Under the pieces are notes generated by a model that had not been told where the DNA came from, searched no databases, and saw nothing but the letters and a program-made list of their open reading frames with translations. A program made the position numbers and the translations under genes. A stretch of 32,000 nt of DNA from Mucisphaera calidilacus. GTDB lineage: Bacteria > Planctomycetota > Phycisphaerae > Phycisphaerales > Phycisphaeraceae. The DNA lies in contig NZ_CP036280.1 of NCBI RefSeq assembly GCF_007748075.1, positions 1,770,001 through 1,802,000 of the forward strand, read 5' to 3'. Positions 17,601 to 22,752 of the stretch are shown here, in pieces. Within the stretch, counting starts at the first letter, position 1, and each line of letters opens with the position of its first letter.

Positions 17601-18677
17601 GAGTTCGAGCGTGCCCGCCTCAACCAGCCCGAAGCCGCTCGGCAGGTCGTTGAACGTCGCCTTGGCATCGGTAATGGTGATCAGGGCGTCGGCGTCTCCC
17701 GATGGAGGTACAAAACCGCCGTCAAGCACAAACCAATCGCCGATCGCAATCGTGACGTCCTGCGGCGCGACAACCGAAGATGGATCGATCACCCTGAGGC
17801 GATCGAGAAAGGTGGTCTGGTGGGTCCGTGCGATCTGCTGGTCGTCGCCGTTCACCTGACCATCACGGTTGAAGTCGTGTGGATCCGTGACGAATCGCGG
17901 GATAAAGGGCGGCAACGACGTCGCACCGGCACGAGCCGCGAGTTCGTCGGAGGCATCGACAGTAAAGGAAGCGAGGTCATCACCCGCTTCACCCGGCGCG
18001 CTGCCGAGATAGAACACGTCGGCTTCCGGGAGCCCCGTCGCGAGCGTCGGCAAGACCGTGATCTCAAGCCAGGCTCCGACCACAGCCTCGTTGGGGTCAG
18101 CAACACCGTCATGATCGTTAGCCTGCCAGGCGAGAAAAACACGGTCAGCGCCGCCGAGACCCGCGCCCTCGTCAACAAGGAGGTCAAAGGGATCCTCGGC
18201 GACGCCCCAGCTCGCTGGCTGGTTATCGTTGCCTGACCTGAAGGTGAAATCACTGGCCGACAGTTCCGATGGATCGGCCAATCCCTCAATGTCAACCACG
18301 ACACCCGTCAGGCCGGAGACGAAACTCGAAACATGCGCAAAGGTCGCGGGGCCGCTGTCAGGCAGCAGTGCGGTCTTGTCGGTGGCGATGGCGTGATCGT
18401 CGCCTGGAACCGCTCCGGGTGTCGAATTATCCCACGAGGAGTCGTTGTAATAGAGATTGCGGTAGACCACAGCAGCGCTGCTATCGGCCTCATCGAGCAA
18501 TCCGAGTTGGAGGCTGTCGCCGCTCAGGAGCAGGCGGTCTTCGAGAGATTCGAGCGTGGGCTTGTCCGAAGGTGTCTCACAGACAACCCGCTCACCCGAC
18601 CACGTCGGTTCAAAATGGCTGCCGAACGCCTCCAGCCCCGCGCCACGCGGGTTGTGTCCCTTCTTCCTGTTGCTCAT
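5613..18677 (-). CDS. Giant (4354 aa) acidic extracellular/surface protein; only the termini are assignable
   Basis: Single uninterrupted 13,065-nt ORF with C-ending codon usage like the neighbouring core genes. Its parts are an N-terminal basic leader with LESLEDRLLLS, a dockerin-like loop, a ~3500-aa G/L/D/T/F-rich core with no family I can name, an EF-hand-like DxNGNG cluster, three Calx-beta-like domains and an Arg-rich tail. Confidence 0.9.
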   Translation of the reverse strand: MSNRKKGHNPRGAGLEAFGSHFEPTWSGERVVCETPSDKPTLESLEDRLLLSGDSLQLGLLDEADSSAAVVYRNLYYNDSSWDNSTPGAVPGDDHAIATDKTALLPDSGPATFAHVSSFVSGLTGVVVDIEGLADPSELSASDFTFRSGNDNQPASWGVAEDPFDLLVDEGAGLGGADRVFLAWQANDHDGVADPNEAVVGAWLEITVLPTLATGLPEADVFYLGSAPGEAGDDLASFTVDASDELAARAGATSLPPFIPRFVTDPHDFNRDGQVNGDDQQIARTHQTTFLDRLRVIDPSSVVAPQDVTIAIGDWFVLDGGFVPPSGDADALITITDAKATFNDLPSGFGLVEAGTLELTLGSVEGFDDNGDGQVDGFRFSGTFTVGDVSLGIGGAPVLTLGELTLGVNGFTFRPLADGEPIQTGEIVFSTQDFRLLPGGLSGVLPESDGVEADAIPIPNVGSIDINTGAFTLDVAVPANVSKKLLLGGYVPFELSRIQGGYTPGDEGVMSFAVTGVPRPDTLVTKLGTLLGSPSLSLSVEVYNADSGGFVATGPDNPLSFGLAYAGGAFEMTATPPVRLQLSNIEVPLPSGAGTLTLAGTLTLGGFNEEGEPQPLPAELGAPLAGHEVYLDLAAVSASSLGTVTGGLQVGGAMTITHGLHAIDLTGQATLAVSDLSVFGVSGSGNVTVSFDWPVRLEEVNGSLDYTGEFEVTSIQADRFVIDVPNVATLTIDGMTYLPTPGPDGLVATATGFDLDFKGIFATLDPNASIQSVSLFNEDDDPLTIESFELIGGSLSLGAFPLRVGGQTVLQLGAATLAVNTLSNRNGQVTGYINLSSEGGTLLPGGPFSLVITDDNSGDDTEAVEAQLDLAHGTLAIQLRSIDAVIADLFELDIDGSANGPAVSLNLDPDAVDGDSLIDFGNIQLTANLLTAGDDTPTATFNGFGLRYGGGVAFSSVDLDIPPAWSFQSGLGDIIPAALTSLNATFDSLPDGTVDLGTFVISATATIDTSAFEAQLGLLLGTDPVVSLMEYDDAGVLTDLSSGGALTVALSVDNGGVRPVDIPGLRIGLENFRVGLPGDQELLLGGYLLIPPVDAAGSLGVIPNSLIPAELIGVTPAAQAILSLSAAADTDAGVLGGTVIVAASVTPQPGGGVLIGFDGEATVTGDLTFLGGSTSGTVTGTFVWDLIASPGADGLPQLSGTPELTGASFEQVILEIEGLARLTIPEANIDFSGATAPVIASADGASLQFLIEGLEGISTTVDNVTLYDDVDSDGVIDGFSFTGLTINSVGDLTFGPEFDSRSLFELTDATLVVPELTYRNGSLAGGLPDVLLNAVSTELNLPGVELVASGLAVVLRPNDRTFRASALSLELEVGPEFDNGGSVFDLVLTDPELVLDDDPATDLLTIEQASLDFGDAAGPFGGIAFDINPTPANSDLALRLNLVDDGSGLETRLGLGELVLSTTGDSEGILTTLGLGGILPFDLDQVSVVFGATPDQYTDLLDFTVGVEGGFDFSIITGLPFDPIVSIGQTPLAGTNSGGQAVDLAANRFAFDVVFDLSGDTFPVIPILQDVVIGLEGFEFGGFGFEGSLGFAGYRLDANGDLVLLGYGVDGDGNPLLYDLDASVDANPTTPGDQLADQFIGQLAVDGDAPDADVIVDFDFNGLEAELRGSVLVENNTTRVNLTGGVFLDGTVGFGNFIVLDSFGLNGSLDWTLENDLSGGSLDLAILSATTNGLSFGLGDYFQAGITGTGDDALTLNFSDDPETPLIENLSLTLASPAIGLYGSLNNITIFAGALPDFSAIESATIGLDEGSMLDTLQDWFLPLRTNEITVTFEDGFFAFEESDSESDDDPPVIGIADPTAIKLLTDGAIGLPGFLGDALDDVGIDAEVSYSDVGFDLDKLTDLGEQFLDWAGQLAGTTFEDFLDSSSPEDVLDAFEAAFLKAQAEGLPFSLLDLGEVVNLDDLNGLGLAIGLDLGDGLAVSGAITVGRADANSDRERDVDDIYYLAISGALKISSYGGGGTLVLTTAGPIAASVDFGVPIPLGPTTLTLGGGGTIVFGQELLADVDTSQPVINPADIPSPADWDLTDIAVIEDILGQLWNGTGLDPVWSLPATMAIRGQLSSLAVAGLISVNGEFAATLPSLDQAIDGQGLSILGTGDIRFLGLPFGTGGVLVDARDVLNPTISFGVAVPPADNPLSFLFPARAELAGTLRTEGMIEAWFIGLETILDGALQAGSGALMDLMDEVAAQLEADRLASRTNDLMTGLGLATNTPVTGLGLLNAMLSQLGSLSGSVPTPPGTPLNGQWALVTETVAAFWLEAQQAIATHPTLTFASTLGDAFIDTFEGALSSLDDALIDVYNAFNPSFVLRGAIQPTLFGFPIGNPTDEVDLVINKRLITLDLTTTDFLGKLNPGFQLAGITDRLQLGFTAQLPGVLIDVLVNPDATEQQIADAFGDALNPFTGWEGRIAGTIGLYGIDLARLSGIIFGPQQTDNNGQAIGGTLFAEGVYNFGYADDFAFNGQNTELPNGQEDMIPVYLQSNYDNMTAFGGLLVTGELLLPDLLTDPFTVLAALANLTTQTASDLEDPWDTLSSEVLNLDDFNSILALGEPGLELIDLIAAYFVGVNELLTDGTPLGTLQIFAPSPATLVDGFIDYAIPAVVGPLYGSGERILLDLITGTDDQGNPAFAPATPADNTGFSFADLNGNAFYDPYFDILIHGTTAWADDINPGTGVGDLVFGQGDVLIDYSLVSGFPAYRIGDVAEDLGNGVLDEASAAGFDAANDLGFIDENNDGELNWSADPATGVVTFHETILDTAGQAIADPSSLPSLAVFLDEEASSPGGIPDGYTPASDDSAGDRIIGLSEGFSDTNGNGRFDLGVDILYDLNGNGLPDGELFIDADGDGAYTRPEPFQDVNGNGVRDVSESLTESYTDLNGNGQYDLGDPFLDFGNGLYDPPASPVFSFDDTTAQAADLIASAYIDGFLDLRLLGLDLGTGRVTAGVEGLNIEAKSGPLGVSLNTGLRMTQVSVGEMIRDMADNPLTGITGGLSIIEALLPANRRGAADDFLNGMLDFTSDFNFAIPVVSLDAGFDLGIIQDWLVDSFGPNAGDLFVFTDSQGNPQTLGATSRVEFYSPFFNDTPPLHPTNDPSDPRYVQPPLLTNDDIQRYGGGRLSATLNIPGFVEGAVGLFEAQFPNDPLDLFLPDFAFLAAADKLALPFVSDDVLRAEDLRLSIVKNTGANNAFANLTVSGSVGVLEGLGGGISGDLFGSLTLDANEGNYGVLNIDLDTGTLSLGSEGTINIGANADVRLLVNNTDGPRTLTFTVDGQTHSVQMERDSATLWVDGTLNLGTVTLEGLFQFRSNDDGVVVFGEGSLSDNGLADFLGPNFQDSVGIDVTFAAALQKATELTFIDIGGRPIPRLVDDGIYGGILFDTNANLAIASAGTTLAFGFNSSSNVQTIDFSFDGVPAGSGITPVSLPSDLQSLLTLDEQSIRLFARGNLELNQLPYDVGLNGLFATQIAITGDAFEIDLLVDANADMGFFGSAGARAYLEIGGSSSNPSVGGYLGVKASRFGVRNVAEVTGEAYLAFNMGRSLGSIPDFITDNIDVTISFRSGSYIELGLRDARVDLFEDIFSLGGTGIIALSDTSGLNVSGSLGIEARLPDEIRDHFDGLIPTVIRAGATLPGSGSSTLSSQSGNQSIDIDLGSFGDVTVSRTTSGVIDLYGYVGFDASSSMFGGLVTANGSADFRFNTTGSGRTINGNFVSSNSFELDLDGSILIDPGIVDDTDVTLVGTLNFIASGTSLTIGGSAEMFAQVLGLNLFDTFVSVDVAFINGSLLTAEFTAQGFFNLPGITPENGTARLLPSGCLDLPGLMPDGCRSLEIVFPDITVGEGDGFVDVPIFLTDAVPNDAEVRIFFSETDPDISLVNAALVLESGESSGTIRIQVIENTRVEPSEFAYINVTTATLDYDNIFIPDENLKGDLTIRSRVSITDNDDPHFILVEDSRAGIDPNGSGGNGTSARFTFRLFHIRSNPPTFAASSVASPVTINYTVTSQSTATAGSDFVLPSGTITIPANTHSVDLYITIKNDNIVEGTETIWIEMTGLSGPSNVDFDLDRVEAVSIFDQDTATVSITATDNQAAESFIRNPASFLVTQSRVSTTDTVINLGSDAPRPLISLYPEATEGSDYHLPTSVTIPAGSTSATFSINPVDDRLREETEIAYVQLDDIASGNSNISILRVNYFITPTLIGQTNDYDTFLIADNDTLVFPPPGEAETTHAAAAPPPDEPDVPDDFASDWFSRRTEVSVDRTQPVRLARERGGRLGLFDTLRVTPFDRWRHANTEVLDRLENLVAGRGR
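5895..7034 (-). other. Three tandem Calx-beta-like domains (res 3882-4261) of the giant protein
   Basis: Three ~112-135-aa units. Each ends with the typical Calx-beta pattern: ..IENTRVEPSEFAYINVT..ITDNDD; ..ATAGSDFVLPSGTITIPANTHSVDLYITIKNDNIVEGTETIWIEM..IFDQD; ..ATEGSDYHLPTSVTIPAGSTSATFSINPVDDRLREETEIAYVQL..IADND. Confidence 0.7.
9830..10330 (-). other. Cluster of EF-hand/dockerin-like Ca-binding loops inside the giant protein (res ~2780-2950)
   Basis: DENNDGELNW, DTNGNGRFD, DLNGNGLPDGELFIDADGDGAY, DVNGNGVRD, DLNGNGQYD. The plus strand shows ccgttgccgtt four times (from 9871, 9928, 10015, 10063), which is NGNG on the coding strand. Confidence 0.6.
17778..18554 (-). other. N-terminal module of the giant protein (LESLEDRLLLS motif, conserved planctomycete-type N-domain, single dockerin-like loop)
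   Basis: LESLEDRLLLS is residues 42-52 (nt 18522..18554). Residues ~70-265 read VVYRNLYYNDSSWDN...DDHAIATDKTALLPDSGPATFAHVSSFVSGLTGVVVDIEGL...SASDFTFRSGND...DRVFLAWQ...AWLEITVLPT...ADVFYLG. From memory, this resembles an N-terminal module common in large planctomycetal exported proteins. HDFNRDGQVNGDDQQIAR (nt 17826..17876) is a dockerin/EF-hand-like loop. Confidence 0.5.
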
Positions 18678-19051
18678 ACGCTCATCCGGGACGCCCGGAA
18701 CTCAGAGCGTCCTGCTTCCATCTTGAGAGTGGATAAGTAGTATCCCTTAAGCAATACACCCTAATGACGCGTCGGGTTTCGCTCAATAGGTTATGTGGCT
18801 TTTTATGAGAAAAACGCGCACCACAGCAGGTCTGGAATGGGTAAGAAGCTGGCCGGGCCCCTTGTCGTCCGTCGCCGTGGCATCCCGGAATCCTGAGTGT
18901 TGACCCGCTGTTGATTCTTAGCCTGTGCTGCTGAGAACAAACCCACCACGCCTGCCCAACACAGCTGTGACAACGGCCGCGGCCACTGTAATAAACCATT
19001 CCCTAGAAGTCACTTAGTCGCTGGGAGTCGCCCTCGGCCGGGCGGAGACAC

Positions 19052-19099
19052 AAGCGAGGGTGACGGGACTCGAACCCGCAACCTTCGGATCGACAGTCC
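19052..19099. repeat. Orphan 3' fragment of tRNA-Asp (putative distal att site), identical to 26062..26109
   Basis: aagcgagggtgacgggactcgaacccgcaaccttcggatcgacagtcc is identical at all 48 positions to 26062..26109. The flanking bases differ on both sides (19051 c vs 26061 t; 19100 t vs 26110 g). Confidence 0.92.
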
Positions 19100-19130
19100 T
19101 GAAGAGAATTCACGTAAGCCTATTTGCTGC

Positions 19131-19301
19131 ATGAGCTTGCAGAATGGCACTGACTCACCTGTAGTGAATCAGTCAGTACCTTCGCTGTCGCAGCTGGTTG
19201 CTACCTGGCAGAGATTGACGCGTGACCAAAGACGAATGTTGCTGCAGCTTGCCGAGAGTTTTATACGCAGACATAACTCAGAGAGCACAGCAAGGATCTG
19301 A
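19131..19301 (+). CDS. Possible 56-aa ORF next to the orphan tRNA fragment (hypothetical)
   Basis: ATG 19131 to TGA 19299..19301, reading MSLQNGTDSPVVNQSVPSLSQLVATWQRLTRDQRRMLLQLAESFIRRHNSESTARI. It is below the ORF-track size cut-off. I see no clear RBS and recognise no family. Confidence 0.2.
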   Translation: MSLQNGTDSPVVNQSVPSLSQLVATWQRLTRDQRRMLLQLAESFIRRHNSESTARI

Positions 19302-19594
19302 TCCATCAACCCGTAGATGAATCAGCTGTAACGTCCAATAGTTATGACATTCAGCTTGGAGAGAAGAACTCCAAGGTCGCCGAAAACCTCCATAATCCTT
19401 GGCTCTGATTGAAGATAGCGTTATTATCGCTTATCGCAACATTCGCATCAGTTCGCACGGGTTCGCGTTGTTCGTAGTATTCGCGATCCTGCACAGCTGA
19501 GACAGACACAGCCCAGTAGCCTGCGCAGACAATGGCCGCAGCAGCGCCGAGAACAAGCATCATCAATGGATCAGGATCCGGTGAGAGGCGCACC

Positions 19595-19790
19595 GGTTTC
19601 CAGCGGTTCCAGAGCCGTCCGTAGCGCAGCGAAGGGGATAAGTTAAGGGACACAGTTCAAAGCTTTACATGACGTCCCCACATCCCATCTTGGCGTGATT
19701 GGTGCATCCTGCCGCCTCGACACCTGAATGGCTAAATTTCGAACGACTTCGTCATTGAGAGGCTTGGATTCCAGGGGAGGTGCGATATAT
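19595..19790 (-). pseudogene. Degenerate relic of the 3' end of an IS3-family orfB
   Basis: The minus strand of 19595..19636 matches 25169..25210 (C-terminal codons of the IS3 orfB) at 36/42 positions by hand count. In the orfB-equivalent frame it reads AALRTALEPLE, versus ATLRTALEPLE in the intact copy. Upstream, tggggacgtcatgtaaag (19663..19680) parallels tggcgacgtcattacaac (ERWRRHYN), and LNDEVV parallels LNGELL. The relic is broken by frameshifts and deletions. Confidence 0.45.
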
Positions 19791-20010
19791 TGATATCGAC
19801 GATCCCAGACGGCTTAGTGGGACAGAGCTCCGATGGGAATTGTTAGCCTAGGGTTATTTCCAGCTTGTTATGTGGGTGAGATGAGCAAGATAGCGCATGG
19901 GCCGGGTCGGTTAGGCGTAGATAGGGTGCCACGCTCATGGGTTTCGGCGTGTGTCGGTTGTTGAGAGAGACCCGAGCCTTTGGATGAATGACCTGAGAGA
20001 GGGATTTGCG

Positions 20011-22305
20011 ATGGAGCGTTTGCTGATGCGTCGCGGTGTGTTGTTCTCTGCTTTTCTGGCCGGAGCGATGGGGACGACTGTCGGGGCGGCGGTGAAGAGC
20101 TTTGATGGGTCGGTGAGCGATCATTGGGGAGAGGCGGCGAACTGGACACCCTCTGGGCTGCCGCTGGTTGGTGATGATGTATTCATCGGGAATCTGCCGG
20201 GTGTTGAGAATGATTTTGTGAGGCTGGATATCGACGACACGGTGGCGAACCTGACGGTTAACGACGGGATTGGCTTGATCCTGGAGGGGAACCGGCTGGT
20301 GGTCTCGGGGACGACGACGGTGTCGGGTGAGAACGGGCCGATCAACAACACGATCTGGACGTCGCGGATTCAGGTGCGGCCGGTGGACGGGGGTTTGCCG
20401 GGCCTGGATACGGATGAGTTGATCATTGAGGATGAGGCCTCGGTGAGCGTCGGCAATCCGATCGGGAATGAGCTTGGCGTGTTGGAGGTGGATGTGCTGC
20501 TTGATGTGAAGTCGACGGCCGATGTCGGCGGGAACGGGTTGATCCGTCTGCGGGGCAACGGGAGCAGGAGCCTGATTAATGATGGCGCGATCGCGGCGCT
20601 ACCGGGGGGCCTGACGATCACGCAGTTGGGGACGGGCCTGATCGACCTGGACGGCAACTCGGGGAACGGGCAGATTTTCGCGAGCATCTCGGATCAGAAC
20701 GGCGAGGCGGCGAAGCTGACGATCAACGGGACGGGGTTGTGGGATTCGTTTAACGGCGAGATCCGTTTGACGCGTGGGGCTTTGCTCGACATGAACCTGA
20801 GCAACGGGTGGACGACGGGTACGGGTTCGTTGGTGCGTGTCACAGGCGGGGGTACGAGCCCCGATCGGACAGAGATTGCTGGGGGTCTTTGGACGCTGGC
20901 GGATGGCATCTTGGAGGTGGACGGCAACGCTGCCCAGGCGATGGTGACGGCGGATGTGGTGATCGAGCCTGGGGTGTTTGTGATTGTTGGCGTTGAGGAT
21001 GACCTGGAGTTTGATGGGGAGGCAGATATACAGGGCGGGACGTATAACCTGGCGAATAATGCTCGGCTGACTTTTGATGGGCCGACGACCGTGTCGGGTG
21101 GGTTGTTCAATATGGAGGATTTTTCTTTTGAGTTGGAGGACCGCGTGGCTTTTCGCGGAGCCACCAGTTGGCAGGGGAACACGACGTTTTTAGGGGGTGC
21201 GGTGCGGCAGTTGGGGGATGCGGTGGTTGTGCTGCCGACGACCATCAACGCGACGATCATTGATATGGATGGTTCGGGTGATACGGAGTGGGTGGTGACA
21301 AGCGAGTTGGTGATCAATGCGGATCAGATTGATCTATCGAATCAAGTGTTTAACGGACGGCTTGAGGTGGGGCCGGGGTTGTCGGCACGGGCGACGATTA
21401 ATCTTTCTGATCCACAGGATCGCTGGCGTATGGGTGGTGAGCTGGCGCTGATCGGAAATCAGCTGGGTTTTGTCACGCGGCTGGCGGGTTCGGAGGTTGA
21501 ACTGTTCGGTAGTCTGTTTCCGTCATTTAACTCGCAGATCACGGCTGACTTCAATTTTATCAGTGGCAGTCAGACTTCCTGGCGTTCGGCGTTTACGCGG
21601 CTGCGGATGCAGGGTGAGACGGAGGTTTGGGCGGGTGCCAATTTCATCGGTGGCGGCACCTTGGTGAATGGGACGGACGGCGAGATGGCGATCGAGCCGG
21701 GGATGGATTTCGGTGATTCGTCGTTAGAGAACGAGGGGGTGCTACGGATTGGCGGTGGTGTGGGTGTGGGGCAGGTGTCGGCGGCCGGTTTTGCACAGGA
21801 GGCGGATGCTGTTCTGAAGATGCAGATATTTGGTTCTGGTGAGAGTGACTTTGATCGGTTGTTTGTTCAGGGCGAGGTATCGGTGGCGGGCACGCTGGAG
21901 TTGCAGGTTCCGGGGGCTGGGTTCCTGACGTACGGGACGGTGATCCCGTTGATCGATGGTGTGACGCGGGTGGGTGCGTTTGATGAGGTGGTGGGTCAGG
22001 TGGTGTCGTCGGACTTTGCGTTGGCGGTGGTGTATCCGGAGAACGCGGTGTGGGCGGTGGTGGCGCTGCCTGGGGACGCGGACCTGGATGGGGATGTGGA
22101 CCTGGTGGACCTGTCGATCCTTGCGTCGAACTTTGAGGGGGGTGGGACGTGGACGGATGCGAACTTCAACGGGGATGACGTGGTGGATCTGCTTGATTTG
22201 TCGCTTCTGGCGACGAACTTCGGGACGGACCTTGGGATGCTGCCTGAGCCTTCGGGGGCGGTGGTTCTGGGGCTTGGTGCGGCGGGGCTGATGCGACGGC
22301 GGTAA
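20011..22305 (+). CDS. Large secreted PEP-CTERM protein with beta-helix-like body and C-terminal dockerin-like repeats
   Basis: The ORF is open from GTG 19951. The ATG at 20011 follows GAGAGAGGGA and gives MERLLMRRGVLFSAFLAGAMGTTVGAAV, a signal peptide. The N-terminal WGEAANWTPSGLPLVGDDVFIG pattern is common in planctomycete/verrucomicrobial beta-helix exoproteins. The C-terminus has GDADLDGDVDLVDLSILASNF...ANFNGDDVVDLLDLSLLATNFG, then LPEPSGAVVLGLGAAGLMRRR (PEP-CTERM, nt 22240..22302). Confidence 0.88.
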   Translation: MERLLMRRGVLFSAFLAGAMGTTVGAAVKSFDGSVSDHWGEAANWTPSGLPLVGDDVFIGNLPGVENDFVRLDIDDTVANLTVNDGIGLILEGNRLVVSGTTTVSGENGPINNTIWTSRIQVRPVDGGLPGLDTDELIIEDEASVSVGNPIGNELGVLEVDVLLDVKSTADVGGNGLIRLRGNGSRSLINDGAIAALPGGLTITQLGTGLIDLDGNSGNGQIFASISDQNGEAAKLTINGTGLWDSFNGEIRLTRGALLDMNLSNGWTTGTGSLVRVTGGGTSPDRTEIAGGLWTLADGILEVDGNAAQAMVTADVVIEPGVFVIVGVEDDLEFDGEADIQGGTYNLANNARLTFDGPTTVSGGLFNMEDFSFELEDRVAFRGATSWQGNTTFLGGAVRQLGDAVVVLPTTINATIIDMDGSGDTEWVVTSELVINADQIDLSNQVFNGRLEVGPGLSARATINLSDPQDRWRMGGELALIGNQLGFVTRLAGSEVELFGSLFPSFNSQITADFNFISGSQTSWRSAFTRLRMQGETEVWAGANFIGGGTLVNGTDGEMAIEPGMDFGDSSLENEGVLRIGGGVGVGQVSAAGFAQEADAVLKMQIFGSGESDFDRLFVQGEVSVAGTLELQVPGAGFLTYGTVIPLIDGVTRVGAFDEVVGQVVSSDFALAVVYPENAVWAVVALPGDADLDGDVDLVDLSILASNFEGGGTWTDANFNGDDVVDLLDLSLLATNFGTDLGMLPEPSGAVVLGLGAAGLMRRR

Positions 22306-22752
22306 GTCATTGATTTCGGAGCAGTGCACCAGCAGCACAGCAAGGTCGCTAGTGATCTGAAGGTGAATATGAGCTGACAGCTAGTCCCGAAGACTGAACT
22401 CTTCAAGAGTTAAACTGAGGATCATCGGATGATGGGCCTAAGCGGAGGCCGCTGGTGGTAAACGAGGATCAAGAAGAGTGTGGTGTTAGCCCTGACTCTT
22501 CCAAGCAAGCGTCGATGACCTTTGCCACAGAACCGAGTCCGTAGGAGTTTTGATCCGGCTCGATCGCTCTTCTTCAAGCCCGAGCTAAAACGGTGTAAGG
22601 ATCGTGAGTCGTTCGTCAAAACACTTGATGCCCAGCGTGCTGAGCGGTAGAGTATGTTGATCGCGTCTCGACAAACCGCTTCGCCTGCTGGGGTTGGTTA
22701 GCCACTACTGCTCGCGTGGTTAAGCGTGAAGAGTTGATACAGGAGGAACCCT

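Noticed and set aside
19351-19653. 100-aa minus-strand ORF as a real gene
   Set aside because: Its first ~20 codons are an out-of-frame reading of an IS3 orfB relic, it has no RBS, and I recognise no family. It is kept only as a remark under the relic finding.
19843-20149. Two overlapping 93-aa minus-strand ORFs
   Set aside because: They overlap the start region of the 764-aa PEP-CTERM gene on the opposite strand. The products are Ser/Pro/His-rich with no features.
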